Assembly (NCBI RefSeq): GCF_004010195.1
Contig: NC_057718.1
Span: 7,560,787 to 7,624,786 of the forward strand
Length of the DNA stretch: 64,000 bases
Direction: 5' to 3'
From: Chiloscyllium plagiosum
Taxonomy: Eukaryota
Of this stretch, positions 23,420-36,379 are shown one piece after another; position 1 is the stretch's first letter; each line of letters begins with the position of its first letter. Under the pieces are notes generated by a model. The model was not told where the DNA came from and made no database searches. It saw nothing but the letters and a program-made list of their open reading frames with translations. The translations under genes and the position numbers were made by a program.

Positions 23420-23800
23420 TATCTCTATCTCTCGCTCCTCTCTCTTTTTCTCTCTTTTTCTCTCTCTCTCTTTTTCTCTTTTCACTCTCTCTCTCTCTCT
23501 CTCTCTCTTTCTTTCNNNNNNNNNNNNNNNNNNNNNNNNNNNNNNNNNNNNNNNNNNNNNNNNNNNNNNNNNNNNNNNNNNNNNNNNNNNNNNNNNNNNN
23601 NNNNNNNNNNNNNNNNNNNNNNNNNNNNNNNNNNNNNNNNNNNNNNNNNNNNNNNNNNNNNNNNNNNNNNNNNNNNNNNNNNNNNNNNNNNNNNNNNNNN
23701 NNNNNNNNNNNNNNNNNNNNNNNNNNNNNNNNNNNNNNNNNNNNNNNNNNNNNNNNNNNNNNNNNNNNNCTCTCTCTCTCTCTCTCTCTCCTCTCTCAAT
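23420..23800. repeat. (CT)n microsatellite spanning an assembly gap
   Basis: Direct observation. Confidence 0.95.
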
Positions 23801-24704
23801 CTCAATTGAACTCCCTGTTCCCTATAGTGAGACAGCTGTAAACTTTCTTAGATAAGGAGTGCAAAACTGCACACTGCACACCAGGAATGGTCTCCCCAGC
23901 ACTTCATATAATTGCAGCAAGAAGTCCATACTCTGACAAAGCAACGGGAAGTGCTGCCAGGGTCTGCCACTAGTACTTTAAATCAACTTGAGTTGGCTCA
24001 CTTGAGCTTTGAGTTGACCAGTGTCAGCGTGCCCTCCATTTTGCACAGATTTATATAAAAATGATAAAGTCCAGAGGGAGGCCATTCAGCCCATCAAGTC
24101 CACATTGGCTTTATTGAGCAATAATCCACTGCACAATCTGACTTCCAGCTTATTTCTGCATTTCTCTTTCAGCATTTGCTGAATAGCCTGCAAATTAACC
24201 TATAGCTCAGCCAACTCCAAATCGCTCACTTCATTAAACCACTCACGCCTTGTATTTCTATTCTTTTGCCAGTCGTCTCAAACCTGTGCTGTCTAGCTAA
24301 CAGCTCTCCATCATTAGCAACAATTTCTTCTGGTTTCCTTAGACTAAGCCCATCATGAATTTAAAAGCCTCCATTGGGTCTACTTCCTTTTTGTTCAGGG
24401 ACATGCGTGTCGCTGGCTGGACCAGCATTTATTGCCCATTCCTAAGTGCTCCCAAAAAGTGGTGAGCTTGTGATGTAGGGACCCCAATATTGCTGTAAAG
24501 GAGGGAGCCTCAGGATTTTAATCTACTGACACTGATGGATGGAAGGAAACTTCAGAGTGGTGGTGTTCCCATCTATCTGATGGCCCTTCACTTTAATGGT
24601 GGCAGAGCTTGGGAGTTTGGAAGGTGCCTCAGTGAGTTACTACAGTGTATTGTTTACAGTAAGAATAACCTCTCCAGCACATCACTGTCACCCTGCATCC
24701 TTAG

Positions 24705-25048
24705 TATCTTTACAGTGTGGGGGCAGGCTATTCAACCCACACTGCCCCTCCAAAAAGCACCCCATCCAGTGTCTCTCTCCCTCCTCCCCCCCCTCCTCCT
24801 CCTCCCTCCTCCCTTCTCATTTCTCATGATTCACCTCGCCTGCATGTCTTGGGTAATTCAGCATGGCCAGTCTACCCTAACCTGCACATCTTTGGACTGT
24901 GGGAGGAAACCAGAGCACTCGAAGCCCACACAGACACGGGGAGAATGTGCAAACTTCACACAGACAGTCACCTGAGGCTGAAATTGAACCTGGGTCCCTG
25001 GCGCTGTGAAGCAGCAGTGCTAACCACTGAACCATCGTGCTGCCCCTT
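24705..25048 (-). mobile_element. HE1-like SINE
   Basis: Reverse complement of 21786-22092. Confidence 0.85.
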
Positions 25049-25479
25049 ATGCTTAGAAATCTGTCCTGAAGCCTGAATCCTTCTTCCTGGATTCCAGGAT
25101 GGATTTTGGACACACTGGGATTCCATCACTGCTTGAAACACTATCAACATATAATCTTCAAGAAAATTGAAGACCATACAGTCTAAGAAGAGTCAGATTT
25201 TAATTCTTTTTTTTGTTTCTGCAATATCTTGCAAGAATGTGTCAAGTAAGTCTGGTGATGATTACCGGTTGTAATCGTCACATTAGAGTTTTCAATGCAC
25301 TGAATCTCATTTACACTTCACAGTTTGATGTCCAGGTTTCATATGCTGTCGATTAATACACTGTTCACACACATGGTGATGTATTGAAACACCACACACT
25401 GTGCCGTGGACTAATGGCATCTAATTCCTCACTTTCTGTGGTTCTGCCACCCATTCTGTAGTATCGAGTGCAGTGCTAA

Positions 25480-25805
25480 TGGACTGCAGCATTGTTGATG
25501 TTGTCTTTTAGATGGGGCTTGAACCTGAGACCACCCCCCCGCTCCCAGAACCATTTTGATGAGGACCATTGTCGCTCTCTTTGGTGCCCTGACTGTGTTT
25601 TATTTCCCACTCAAACTTCCCAAAAAAAACCAGATGATTTAATCATTATCACATTGCTGTGTGTGGGTGTTTTACTCTCTGCAAATTTACAGCAGTTTTT
25701 CCTACGTTGCAACAGTGATTACACTTCAAAGTACTTCAGAGCTAAGTGCTTTTGGGGCTGTGTGAACATGAAAGGCGCTACTTCAATGCAAGTCGCTTGT
25801 ATCCT
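25480..25805 (+). mobile_element. Deu-domain SINE
   Basis: cagatgatttaatcattatcacattgctgtgtgtggg..ttcctacgttgcaacagtgattacacttcaaagtacttc..gaaaggcgcta..aatgcaagtc. Confidence 0.75.
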
Positions 25806-25904
25806 CTTTTTGATCATTCCCAATTTTGTTTCCCCAGCTCTTTAGACTAATTTTGGTGTCAAAGATGAACAGAGTTGTGTTTCAGCCTGGTCAGGGAGCT
25901 GTGT

Positions 25905-26225
25905 TTAGGAGGCATTGACCTAGTGGTATTATTGCTAGACACAAACCAGCAAACGAGGCAAGGTTCTGTTGACCTGAGTTCAAATCCCACAACGGCAGAT
26001 AATAAAATTTGAACCCCATGAACAAAATTTGAAATTAAGAGGCTAGCAATGACCATGAAACTGTTGCTGATTGTTGGGAAAGCTCATCTGGTTCATGAAC
26101 GTACTTTTAGGGAAGGAAATGGCTGTCCTTACCCTGTCTGGTCGACATGTGACTCCAGACCCACAGCAGTGTGGTTGTCTCTTCCGTGGGATTATGGATG
26201 GGCAATAAATGTTGACACCCAAATT
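25905..26225 (+). mobile_element. tRNA-like SINE partnered with LINE-Z (here called SINE-Z)
   Basis: tgacctagtgg..gagttcaaatccc head, gggaaggaaa..catgtgactccagacccacagc body and gggcaataaatg tail. Confidence 0.75.
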
Positions 26226-26924
26226 CTATGGAGACCATTTGGTTTCTCTGAAAGTACCATTCGATTAGTCCCACACCCCTTCCTCTTTCCCTGAAGCTCT
26301 GCTAATATATCCTCTTCTAAGTATTTGCCTAAATTTCTCCTTTACTTTTACGTTGAATTTGATTCCACTGACTTTTTCCAGGCAGCACATTTCCAATTGC
26401 AACTTATTGTGGACAATAATTCTGCTCATCTCCACTCTCTTTGGTTTCTTTGCCAGGGGTCTGTGCTCTCTGATTTTACTCATCTGCTTACCAGTGCAAT
26501 TACTGTCTCTTCATTTGCTCGACTTAAAATGCCTCATCTGAATGATATTTTTCATGTGGGACCTATTACATGCTGTATTTGATCCCCTAGCTACGGAATA
26601 ACATAGAGAGAATTCTGATGAGAATTCTCGTTTTCTGCGCTACACAGTATTCCAGTCAAGGAGGAAGTGGTGGCATATAATGGTGATGTCACTGGAGGCA
26701 CTCCCAGTTAATGTTCTCTGGAAATGGGATCAAATCCCGCCCCTGTGGCTGGTGGAATCTTGCATTGTGGAGAGACAGTGAATTTATATTCTTGTGGTTT
26801 TCAAACAATGAGAGGGATTTCATTGAAGCGTGCAAAATGCTTAAAAGGAATTGGGGCATCTTGAAGCAGGGAACGCAATTTTTTAAAAAAGGGCAAAGCC
26901 ACTTATCTCTGAGGTGGGAGAAGT

Positions 26925-27195
26925 TAGGGGTGGCACCATGGTTAGCACGGCTGCCTCACAGCACCAGGGATGTGGGTTTGATCCCAACCTCGGGTGACTG
27001 TCTGTGTGGCGTTTGCACATTCTCCCCGTGTCTGTGTGGGTTTCCTCCCACATTCCAGGGTTGCGCAGGTTGGGTGGATTAACCATGGGAAATACAGGGC
27101 TAGGGTAGGGGGAGGAGGTGGTGTGGAAAGCTGTTTGTAAGTTGGTGTAGAATGGAACAAATGGCCTGTTCCCACACTGAGGGAATTCTATGTTA
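26925..27195 (+). mobile_element. HE1-like SINE
   Basis: Homologous to 21786-22092. Confidence 0.8.
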
Positions 27196-28119
27196 TTTGG
27201 TTTGGGAATGTTCAGAATTCTCAACCACAGTGGGCTGTGGAAGTTCTGTTTTTGCGTAATTTTAAGGCAGGGATTGGTAAAGGGTTATGGGGTTGGGTAC
27301 GCAAAAGAATCAAAGTGCTCGATCATGATGCCCAATCTGGATAATTTTCATACTGTTGCAGAGTGGTTGGAAATGAGGTGGAATCCTCCAGGGGTCTTTC
27401 GTCTGTCCTCTGAATTCATTCCTCTGAAAGCAGTGGGTCATTGGGTCATTAAATTCCTCGCAGTGGAATTAAATGGAGATTCAATGGAAAAGGCAGTCCT
27501 AAATTCTGGGCTGCAGACAGAAAGGTAGAGTTGAAGCCTCAACCAGAGAAGCCATGATCATACTGAACAGTGGAGCGGCATTGAAGGGCCAAATGGCCTA
27601 CTCCAGCTCCTAAGTCCTATGTATGTGGCTGTGCTTGTGCATCAGAACTGAAAGTGTTTGTGATGTCCACTTCATTGTCGAGCAGCTCATAGCCTCCTTG
27701 CTTGTGTATGTTGTTGTGTGGGGGACCCATAGCTGAAGCAAGGGCCAGGGAGTGAGGCGGAGCTGAACTCCTCTTGCAAAGAGCTAGCATGAATATGATG
27801 GGTCAAAGGATTTCTTTCTGTGCCATCAATGTTCTATGATTCTATGGGAGGAGGAGTGTGTTTGTCCAGGCTGGCCCACTGTGCCTGTTTCCTGCGTTAT
27901 TGCTGGGTGGTTGTGATGAGGTACTGGACAGTTCATTTGTCTTAATGCTGGAACTGAATTTGGAACCCACCAATGTTTTGTGTGCATAGCAATTATGTGG
28001 TAACAGTAACACTTGTGAAGTTTATTCCAATCTGCTTACCGTAGTGGTAACAATATAAGATGCAATGGAATCTGTTCTCTGAATCCATTGTGGGTTTTGG
28101 CTCCTGTCCATCCAATATT

Positions 28120-28445
28120 TCATTCTCTCCTTGGACATGGACATCGCTGGCTGGGCTAGCATTTATCCCCTGTTGCTAGTTGCTGTTGAGAAGGTGGTGG
28201 TGAGCTACTTTCTTGAACCACTGTAGTCCGTGTGCTGTAGGTTGACCCACAATGCCATTAGGGAGAGAATTCCAGGATTTTGACCTAGCGAATGGCAATA
28301 TATTTCCAAGTCAGAATAGGGAGTGACTTGGAGGGGATCTTGCAGGCGGTGGAGGTCTCATGTATCTGCTGCCCTTATCCTTCGGGATGGAAGTGGTCAT
28401 GAGTTCGGAAGGTGGTGTGTCAAGAGTCATGGTGAGTTCTGTGGG
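28120..28445 (-). mobile_element. LINE-Z 3' end
   Basis: Reverse complement of 21385-21705. Confidence 0.75.
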
Positions 28446-29380
28446 TGCAGTGTTACAGATCTCATCTGTTCATTTACGCTTCTACATAATGGTCAGTCTT
28501 TAAGTCTGTGTAGCAAAAATATCTATCAGTGTTGTGGAACCGGTCTCTGACATCATTTCACATCCACTTACATTTCCCTGTGGGGATTACAGATCAGCAG
28601 TCGGAAATGGGAATGTTGCCATTTGTGGAATCATATGTGCCATCTTGACCAAGTGTTTGGGATTGGGAATCCAAATCTTTGTTGTGGCTTCACTGTGGGC
28701 AGGATGGAGGGGAACAGTGGTGTGTGTGGGGATGGGGGGGTGGGGGGGTGGGTGGTGATGTGAAAAACCAGCTTGCCCGTGTTTTAAGTGATGAGCACCC
28801 TGGGCCCCCAGCTCTGAAATTCCCTCCTTAAGGCCTTCCCATCCTCCACCTCCCTTGAAGACGTCACTGTGCTGACATTGGCTTTCTCTGATGAACTGGG
28901 GAATTGGAAGTTTAAAAAAAACACAACCGGTTGCCCTATGTTTACATGTACCTCGAGCTGCCTCAAACTCAGGACTTCCCTCCCATAAAACCTCTCCGCC
29001 TCTCAGCTTCTTTGTAAGAGACACTCCTTAAAACCACTCTGACCAAGGTTTTGGCTGCTTGCCCCAATATCTCCACCGGGGCTGGGTGCCAAATTTTTGC
29101 TTTGCAATGCTCCTGAGAAAACATTTTATTGTTGCATCAAAGGTGGCGCTGTACACTGTTGTCATCATCATTTGGGCTCTAAGCACGTTATGAAATCCCT
29201 GCTCTCTCTGTCTCTGTCTCTCTCTCCCCCTCTCTCTCTTGTTTTAGCCATGGTGACTAACTGACTGACTGACTGACTGATTGCACAATGCAGTTGTCAC
29301 CTCCTTAGCTGGATTTCTGACCCTCTCTCTCTCCTCATCCCTCTAAGACGATCATTCTCCTCCCACCAAGCTCCCCCCCC

Positions 29381-29418
<38 letters not shown>

Positions 29419-29499
29419 TAACTGCTAGGGTCTCAAGGAATCTGCAACCTTCCCCCTTTGACATTTCACTGTCAACGCCTCATCATCCATTTAATCAGA

Positions 29500-29792
29500 G
29501 AGTCATAGAGATGTACAGCACAGAAACAGACCCTTCGGTCCAACCCGTCCATGCCGACCAGATATCCTAAATTAAGCTAGTTCCATTTGCCAGCACTTGG
29601 CCCATATCCCTCTAAACCCTTCCTATTCATATACCCATCCAGATGCCTTTTAAATGCTGTAATTGTATCAGCCTCCACCACTTCCTCTGGCAGCTCATTC
29701 CATACACGCATCACCCTCAGTGTGAAAAAGTTGCCCCTTCGGTCCCTCTTAAATCTCGCCCCATCTCACCCTAAACCTATGCCCTCTAGTTC
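29500..29792 (-). mobile_element. HER1-like LINE 3' end
   Basis: agagtcatagagatgtacagcacagaaacagacccttcggtcc. Confidence 0.85.
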
Positions 29793-29989
29793 TGCTGCAT
29801 CTCTGCATTCCCGCAGACCTGGAAATGTAACCCCAGCCCAAGAAAGGAGCTGCATTTTTGTAGCACCCTCTCCCGGTCTTAAACAGCTTCCCGGGGCCGT
29901 TTTGGACTATAGCCAGGTGAAAGAACAGTTCTGAGCTGGAACTGCGCGGGTTGGTCAATGGGAACTCAGTCGTGCTGCATGTCAGTAAC

Positions 29990-30115
29990 CTGAGTCACAT
30001 GGAAAAGCGTCGCTCCGAAAGCTAGTGTGCTTCCAATTAAACCTGTTGGACTATAACCTGGTGTTGTGAGATTTTTAACTTTGTACACCCCAGTCCAACA
30101 CCGGCATCTCCGAAT
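29990..30115 (+). mobile_element. Short repeat, probable PLE terminal-repeat derivative (fourth family)
   Basis: ..gctccgaaagctag..taaacctgttggactataacctggtgttgtgagatttttaactttgt. A second, fold-back copy lies at 47965-48070. Confidence 0.55.
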
Positions 30116-30379
30116 AAGTGGGAGTAGAGATTTTAAACCTTTGTACATCAGTGCTGTGGTATCCACTTCTGTAGTTAACCGAGACCAGAGGGGGAAAAAA
30201 ACTGGCTTCCTAGCCCCAGTTTATTGCACCTGGATGTGGTGTCTTTCCCCCTTCCCCCGGTTTGCTGAGTCACTTCTCTGGTTTCCTGACCCCCCAGCAG
30301 CTCCTGTGGGAGGGAGTCACCAGACCTTGCAGTTGATCTGTGTAATGGCAATAGACCAAGGCTCACCTATATGGAGTGA

Positions 30380-31035
30380 GGAAGGGTCTCAAGGGAGTTA
30401 AAGGGGTGGGAGGAGTGGAAGGTGAGAAAGGTTAAAGAGGGGGAGGGATGAGGGGGTGGAAAGAGAGGGAATGGAACAGGGGAGGAAAAGATCTGGGAGG
30501 TTGAGGGGGTGGGCAGGGATGGAAGGTGGGAAGTTGAGGTGNNNNNNNNNNNNNNNNNNNNNNNNNNNNNNNNNNNNNNNNNNNNNNNNNNNNNNNNNNN
30601 NNNNNNNNNNNNNNNNNNNNNNNNNNNNNNNNNNNNNNNNNNNNNNNNNNNNNNNNNNNNNNNNNNNNNNNNNNNNNNNNNNNNNNNNNNNNNNNNNNNN
30701 NNNNNNNNNNNNNNNNNNNNNNNNNNNNNNNNNNNNNNNNNNNNNNNNNNNNNNNNNNNNNNNNNNNNNNNNNNNNNNNNNNNNNNNNNNNNNNNNNNNN
30801 NNNNNNNNNNNNNNNNNNNNNNNNNNNNNNNNNNAGGGAGAGGGAAAGAGACACAGAGGAGGGAAAGAGAGAGCAAAGTAAAGGAGGGAGAGGGAAAGAG
30901 AGACAGTGAAAAGGGTAGAGGAGAAAAAGGGAGAGATCAAGAAAGACTGGGGGGGTGGGGGGTGTGCAGGGTGAAAGCAGAGTGGGGAAGGAAAAAGAAA
31001 AGAAGAAAATGGGTATGCTGGTTAAAGGGGGGAGG
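30380..31035. repeat. GA-rich low-complexity tract with assembly gap
   Basis: Direct observation. Confidence 0.9.
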
Positions 31036-31627
31036 AGCTAGAAGAACTGAAGTCGATCCTTCCGAAAGCTGCTTCCAGTCCCTGGGTATTCTCTAGACAA
31101 TATTTCATTCATGGAAATATGTACATTTAATACTCGAACAAATACTACCCCTAAAATTAAAAATCATGTAAAAGTAGTGCCCCTGAGCTTATCAATGCAC
31201 AGGGGGGTGCTGACTCATATCACATTTATAATTTTGTTATTAATTTTTTAAAAATAAAACTTCCAGGTGTCAGCACTGCTTTTGGGGGAGGGATGTGATT
31301 GTGTGGGTCCCCCCATCGCTGTGCAGCAGGTCGCTTGTCGGTGTAACCCTGAGGAGGGCCCTGTAGCTATTTCTGTGCGTGGATGTGCATCAGCGCTGGG
31401 TATTTTCTCTGGTGAGGAGTTTGTATGAGGAGTGCCTTGCAGGCTGACACTCAGCCCAGTCACAGGTTGCCCTTATGATTGATAGCAGCCCCTGGAGTTT
31501 GCTGCTCGCCTCTCACGAGTGACCTCAGAGGACAAACGAGGAATCTCCTGGATGCCAATGAAATGAATAAAGATTAAAGCCGTCGCTGTGCCTGTAAACA
31601 TAGATTGTCAATTTATCTTCCTTGTAG

Positions 31628-31722
31628 AGAATGCCCTACCCTTGGGTTTTACGATAAGGGGACTCGGAAAGTGCTGTCGCTCCACTGGGCTATGCAAACT
31701 GGCTTTTAATGGAATCTCTAAG
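31628..31722 (+). other. Candidate exon, 95 nt (UTR or start-containing)
   Basis: Acceptor tttatcttccttgtag and donor AAG|gtaatt, inside a ~1.3-kb repeat-free island. Confidence 0.45.
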
Positions 31723-32414
31723 GTAATTAAACGCATTTATGTCTTTTTTTTGCTCGATTCAAGTCTTGTCTGTATGTGTGTGTGTGTGTGTAAGAGATAA
31801 TTGTTTGGTTTTATCAGTCATTTTCTTACAACCTTAGCCAACTTTTGTTTTGACATTTGTTTGACAAGCCAATGTGGGTAGGAGCAGAGTTCTTATTATA
31901 TTTTTTTTATCGCCCCCGAATTTCGTAGTTTATTTTGAACAAGTTGCCCTAATCGTGTTGGAGCTGATATCTATCATGTTCTCATAAGCTGCAACTGTTT
32001 TTTTTTGCGCTGTAAGTCTGCTGAGGCCGGGAGGATATGTGCTAAGTTTCCTCTGATCTGGTTAACTGCAATATTGTCGGTGAAAATGTTTGTCGGTATG
32101 TGTGTTTTTGTGTGTGTGTATTTCGGAGAGGTGTTGAAATTCAGCATTAGTTATCCTTTGTGAAGTTTCACAGACCGAGAGAGAAGACATTAAGACCCTG
32201 TTCGGTGTCGATTTAAACATGTTTCTGCCTCTGACACTCTGTCCTCGTTGTTGGTGTACCTGAAAACTCCGGTCAGCTTTCTCTGAAAATCTTCCCAAGC
32301 TCCCCTCTTCCTGGGATCATTCTCTTACTAGAATCGTGAATGTTGCAGTCTCAGACTCTCTCCAGTGCTCCCTCTTCTGTGTTCCGGCTCTTCCCAGAGC
32401 CAATATCTCACTCA

Positions 32415-32880
32415 TTGTCAGTGTCCAGTGTTCCCCAGGCTCAGTCAGTCAGTATCCATAATATCCCCAGGGTCAGTGTACAGAGTACTCCAGGCTCAGT
32501 CAGCCTGTGTCCATAATATCCCCAGGGTCAGTCAGTATCCATAATATCCACAATGTCAGTGTCCAGTATTTCCCAGACGCAGTCAGTCTGTGTCCATAAT
32601 ATCCCCAGGGTCAGTGTACAGTGTTCCCCAGATTCAGTCTGTGTCCATAATATCCCCAGGGTCAGTCAGTCAGTATCCATAATATCCCCAGGGTCAGTGT
32701 CCAGTGTTCCCCAGGGTCAGTCCATATCCATAATATCCCCAGGGTCAGTATACAGTGTTCCCCAGGGTCACTTAGTTAGTATCCATAATATCCCCAGGGT
32801 CAGTCTACAGTGTTCCCCTGGGTCCGTCTGTGTCTATAATATCCCCAGGGTCAGTCCATATCCATAATATTCTGGGCTCA
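32415..32880. repeat. Composite minisatellite
   Basis: ccataatat recurs at 32456, 32511, 32539, 32594, 32645, 32677, 32728, 32783, 32834 (variant) and 32862. Confidence 0.95.
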
Positions 32881-33574
32881 CTCTTTGTCCAGTGTCTCCT
32901 GGGGTTGGTGCCCACCAAGGGGTCTTTGTCATAAATAAGTTTCTGTCCTGCTGTAGTCTGCCATTTTCCTATCTGATACAGCCCTTTAGCGAATTCTGGA
33001 AGATCAGTAAAACTGAATTTGCTATTAAAATGAAACTGAGTAGCTTTAATAACATGGCAATACTGTGAAATTAATGCTTTAAAAATTTAAGTCTTGGATG
33101 TGTTGAATGAAGTCTCCAATTTTGGAGAGTAAGAATTATTGGTTTATTTAGTACCTCGTATGTAACCTATCAGCTGCTTTAGCAACGTGAAGCCACTGTT
33201 GTGTTTGCTTCATTTGCTTTGCTGCTTTCAATCTCGAATTCCTGTAGTACAGTAATTGGTGCACGGTTCCTTTCCTCTGAGTGGGAGGGACAGTGACAGC
33301 AGCTGTTGTTTCTGATTGATCTGACAGTGATGGACATTGGTCTGTCTGTGTATACAGTGGCATTGTTACCCTCAGTTCACGGCAGGACTTTAGCTTGTTA
33401 GATTGGACAGTGTGCCATCGCAGGAACGATGTTGGGCAGTGTAGCGGGCAGTGGCTGTAAACTGTGCGTCTGTTCTCTCTCCCTCCCACTACCTTGCTCG
33501 TAAGCACTCTGCTCAGTAAATAGTGACACTCCAAAGCCAAGTGCTTTCCTCCACAACAATCTGCATTTTGTTGT

Positions 33575-34320
33575 TTTTTTTAATTAACTTGTGGGATGTG
33601 GGCATCACTGGCAGTGCCAGCATTTATTACCCGTCTCTAGTTGCCCCTTGAGAAGGTGGTGGTGAGCTGCCTTCTTGAACCGCTGCAATCCATGTGCTGT
33701 GGGTTGACCCACAATGTTGTCAAGGGGAGAATTCCAGGATTTTCACCCAGTGACAAGTGAAGGAACAATGAAATATTTCCAAGTCAGGATGATGTCAAGC
33801 TTGGAGGGTAACTTGCAGGGGGTAATGTTCACAATTATCCGCTGCCCTCCTGCTTCAAGAGGACAAGGGTCATGAGTTTGGAAGGTGATGTTGAAGGATC
33901 TTTGGTGAGTTTCTGCAGTGCATCTTGTAGATCGTTCAGTAGCAGCAGTGTGTACTCCGATGGTGGAGGGAGAGGAGATGTTGTGGATGTGGTGCCAATC
34001 AAGCTGCTTTGCCCTGGATGGTATCAAGCTTCTTGAGTGTTGTTGGGGCTGCACCCATCCAGGCAAGTGGGGTGTATTCCATCACACTCCTGACTTGTGC
34101 CTTGTCGGTGGTGGATGGGCTTTGAGGAGTCAGGAGGTGAGTTACTGGCCGCAGGATTCCCAGCCCCTGACCTGCTCCTGTAGCCACTGTGTTTATATGG
34201 TGAGTCTGTTTCAATTACGAGTCAATGGTAACCTCCAGAATGTTGTTAGTGGATGATTCCGTATTTGAATGTTAAGGAACCGCTGATGGATTGTTTTTTA
34301 TTGGGGATGGTCATTACCTG
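33575..34320 (-). mobile_element. LINE-Z 3' region
   Basis: Minus ORF LGILRPVTHLLTPQS..KAQVRSVMEYTPLAWMGAAPTTLKKLDTIQGKAA. Confidence 0.85.
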
Positions 34321-34486
34321 CATTCCTCCCCCCCCGGCCCCCCCTGCCCCCATGACAGTCCTTCACACTCTGCCCCCCCCCAGTTGTCAATAATTGATAG
34401 TTGTGGTAGCTAGGTTCGAGGTTGCGCCTGGGATCAGATGGCCCACACTCCCCATTGGCACCTCCATTCCATCCTATCCTGCTGTT

Positions 34487-35960
34487 GAGTCATAGAAATG
34501 TACAGCCCAGAAAGAGACCCTTCAGTCCAACTCATCCATGCTGACCAGATATCCTAAATTAATCTAGTCCTATTTGCTAGCATTTGGCCCTTATCCCGCT
34601 AAATCCTGCCTATTCATGGATCTATCCAGTTGCCTCTTAAATGTTGCAATTGTACCAGCCTCCACTACTTCCTCTGGCAGCTCATTCCATACACACTGCA
34701 CCCTCTGCATGTAAGGTTGCTCCTTAGGTTCCTTTAATATCTTTCCCCTCTCACCCTAAATCTATGCCGTCTAGTTCTGGACTCCCCCACCCCAGGGAAA
34801 AGACCTTCTCAATTCACCCTATCCATGCCTCTCATGGTTTTATAAACCTCTATAAGGTCACCCCTTCAACTCCGATGCTCCAGGAAAAACAGCCCCAGCC
34901 TGTTCAGCCTCTCCCTATAGCTCAGATCCTCCAACCCTGGCAACATCCTTGTAAATCTTTTCTGGACCCGTTCAAGTTTTATGACATCTTTCCTATAGCA
35001 GGGAGACTGGAAAAGATGCAAAACCTGCTGGTATACCACCCCTCTCACTTCCATCCAGGGCCCCAAACAGTACTTCCAGGTGAGACTGAGGTTCACCTGC
35101 CTCTCTTCCAACCTAGTTTACTGTATCAGGCGTTCCTGATGTGGTCTTCTCTACATTGGGGAGACCAAACATAAACTCAGGGAACAGTTCACTGAGCATC
35201 TCAGCCGGGCCTGCAGGGTCCGACTGGATCCCCCAGTCACCGCCCATTTCAATTCCCCTTCCCACTCCCTTTCCAACATGACCATCCTCAGCTTCATCCA
35301 TTGCCATAATGAACTAGACCACAAATTGGAGGAACAATCACCTCATCTTCTGCCTGTGCAGCCTACAGCCCGGAGGACTCAAGATTGAGTTCTCCAACTT
35401 CAAATGACCTTCCTTCCCATTCCCCGACTCCCTTACCAGCCCCTGCCCCTCCCTTCCACTCCTCCCAGCCACTAACTGGATTCATTCCTCTCATTGACTA
35501 ACCAGGTCATACCCTCTACCTGTCTTCACCTATCCCCACTTCACCATCCTGCCCCCGCCACCCCACTTTATCTGCAGCTCCCCCAATACCCCACCCCATT
35601 CCAAAGAAAAGTTCCACCTGAAACATTGACCTCTCCATCTCCTGATGCTGCCTGACTTGCTGTGTTCTTCCAGTCTCCTGCCTGTCTACCTCAGACTAGA
35701 GTTGGATGCAGTATTGCAAAAGAGGCCTAACCACTATCCTGTACAACCACAACATGACCTCCCAACCTTTATACACAATGCACTGACCAATAAAGGCACA
35801 CGTACCTAATGCCTTCTTCACTGCCCTGTTTATCTGGGGCTCCATTTTCAAGGAACTCTGAACCTGCGCTCCAAGGTCTCTTTGTTCAGCAACGCTCCCT
35901 AAGACCCAGAGTATGTAAACTCCTGCCCTGATTTGCCTTACCAAAATGCAGCACCTCACA
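34487..35960 (-). mobile_element. HER1-like LINE split by a PLE insertion
   Basis: RKDVIKLERVQKRFTRMLPGLE ends at ~35010, and the element resumes at 35693 (LYRIVVRPLLQYC on minus). Confidence 0.85.
35012..35692 (+). pseudogene. Penelope-like GIY-YIG endonuclease relic plus 3' UTR and terminal repeat
   Basis: KRCKTC..TSIQGPKQYFQVRLRFTCLSSNLVYCIRRS*CGLLYIGETKHKLREQFTEHL..HFNSPSHS..KLEEQ/LIF..LQPGGLKIEFSNFK*. Imperfect TSD agact(g/a)ga at 35004-35011 and 35693-35700. Confidence 0.9.
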
Positions 35961-36379
35961 ATTGCTTGTCCGATTTTGGATCTTGGCAAGATACATGATA
36001 CATGTGGTGTAGAGGGAGCCCATCACAACTGGAAGCATTTTGTCATCTCCAGTGAATCTAACCTGCTTTTCATCGTTGGATGTAGTTAAATAATTCTTCT
36101 CTTAATATCAATTTAAACAAACAGTCAGCGTGCAGACTGGAGAGCAATTGGCGGATCCCACTGGTCTCTGCACACACTCTGACATACGCCGAAATGGCAT
36201 TTACAACTCCGAACGTACATCATAAACAGGTACCGATTCATTATAATAGACAGGCTTTGTAGTTCTCACTGCCCAAAAATAGCTTGGTCGTGACAGAAGA
36301 TAGTAGTTAGAAACCAGTTATGACAGGTGCAGAGATTTCGCCAAGCATTGTACAACTTCATTCTTACCAGAAGAATTAA

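Noticed and set aside
30367..31096. ORFs of 140-195 aa
   Set aside because: GA-rich low-complexity sequence plus an N gap.
32415..32880. CRISPR-like array or repeat protein ORF
   Set aside because: Inter-repeat segments are themselves repeats, so this is a minisatellite.
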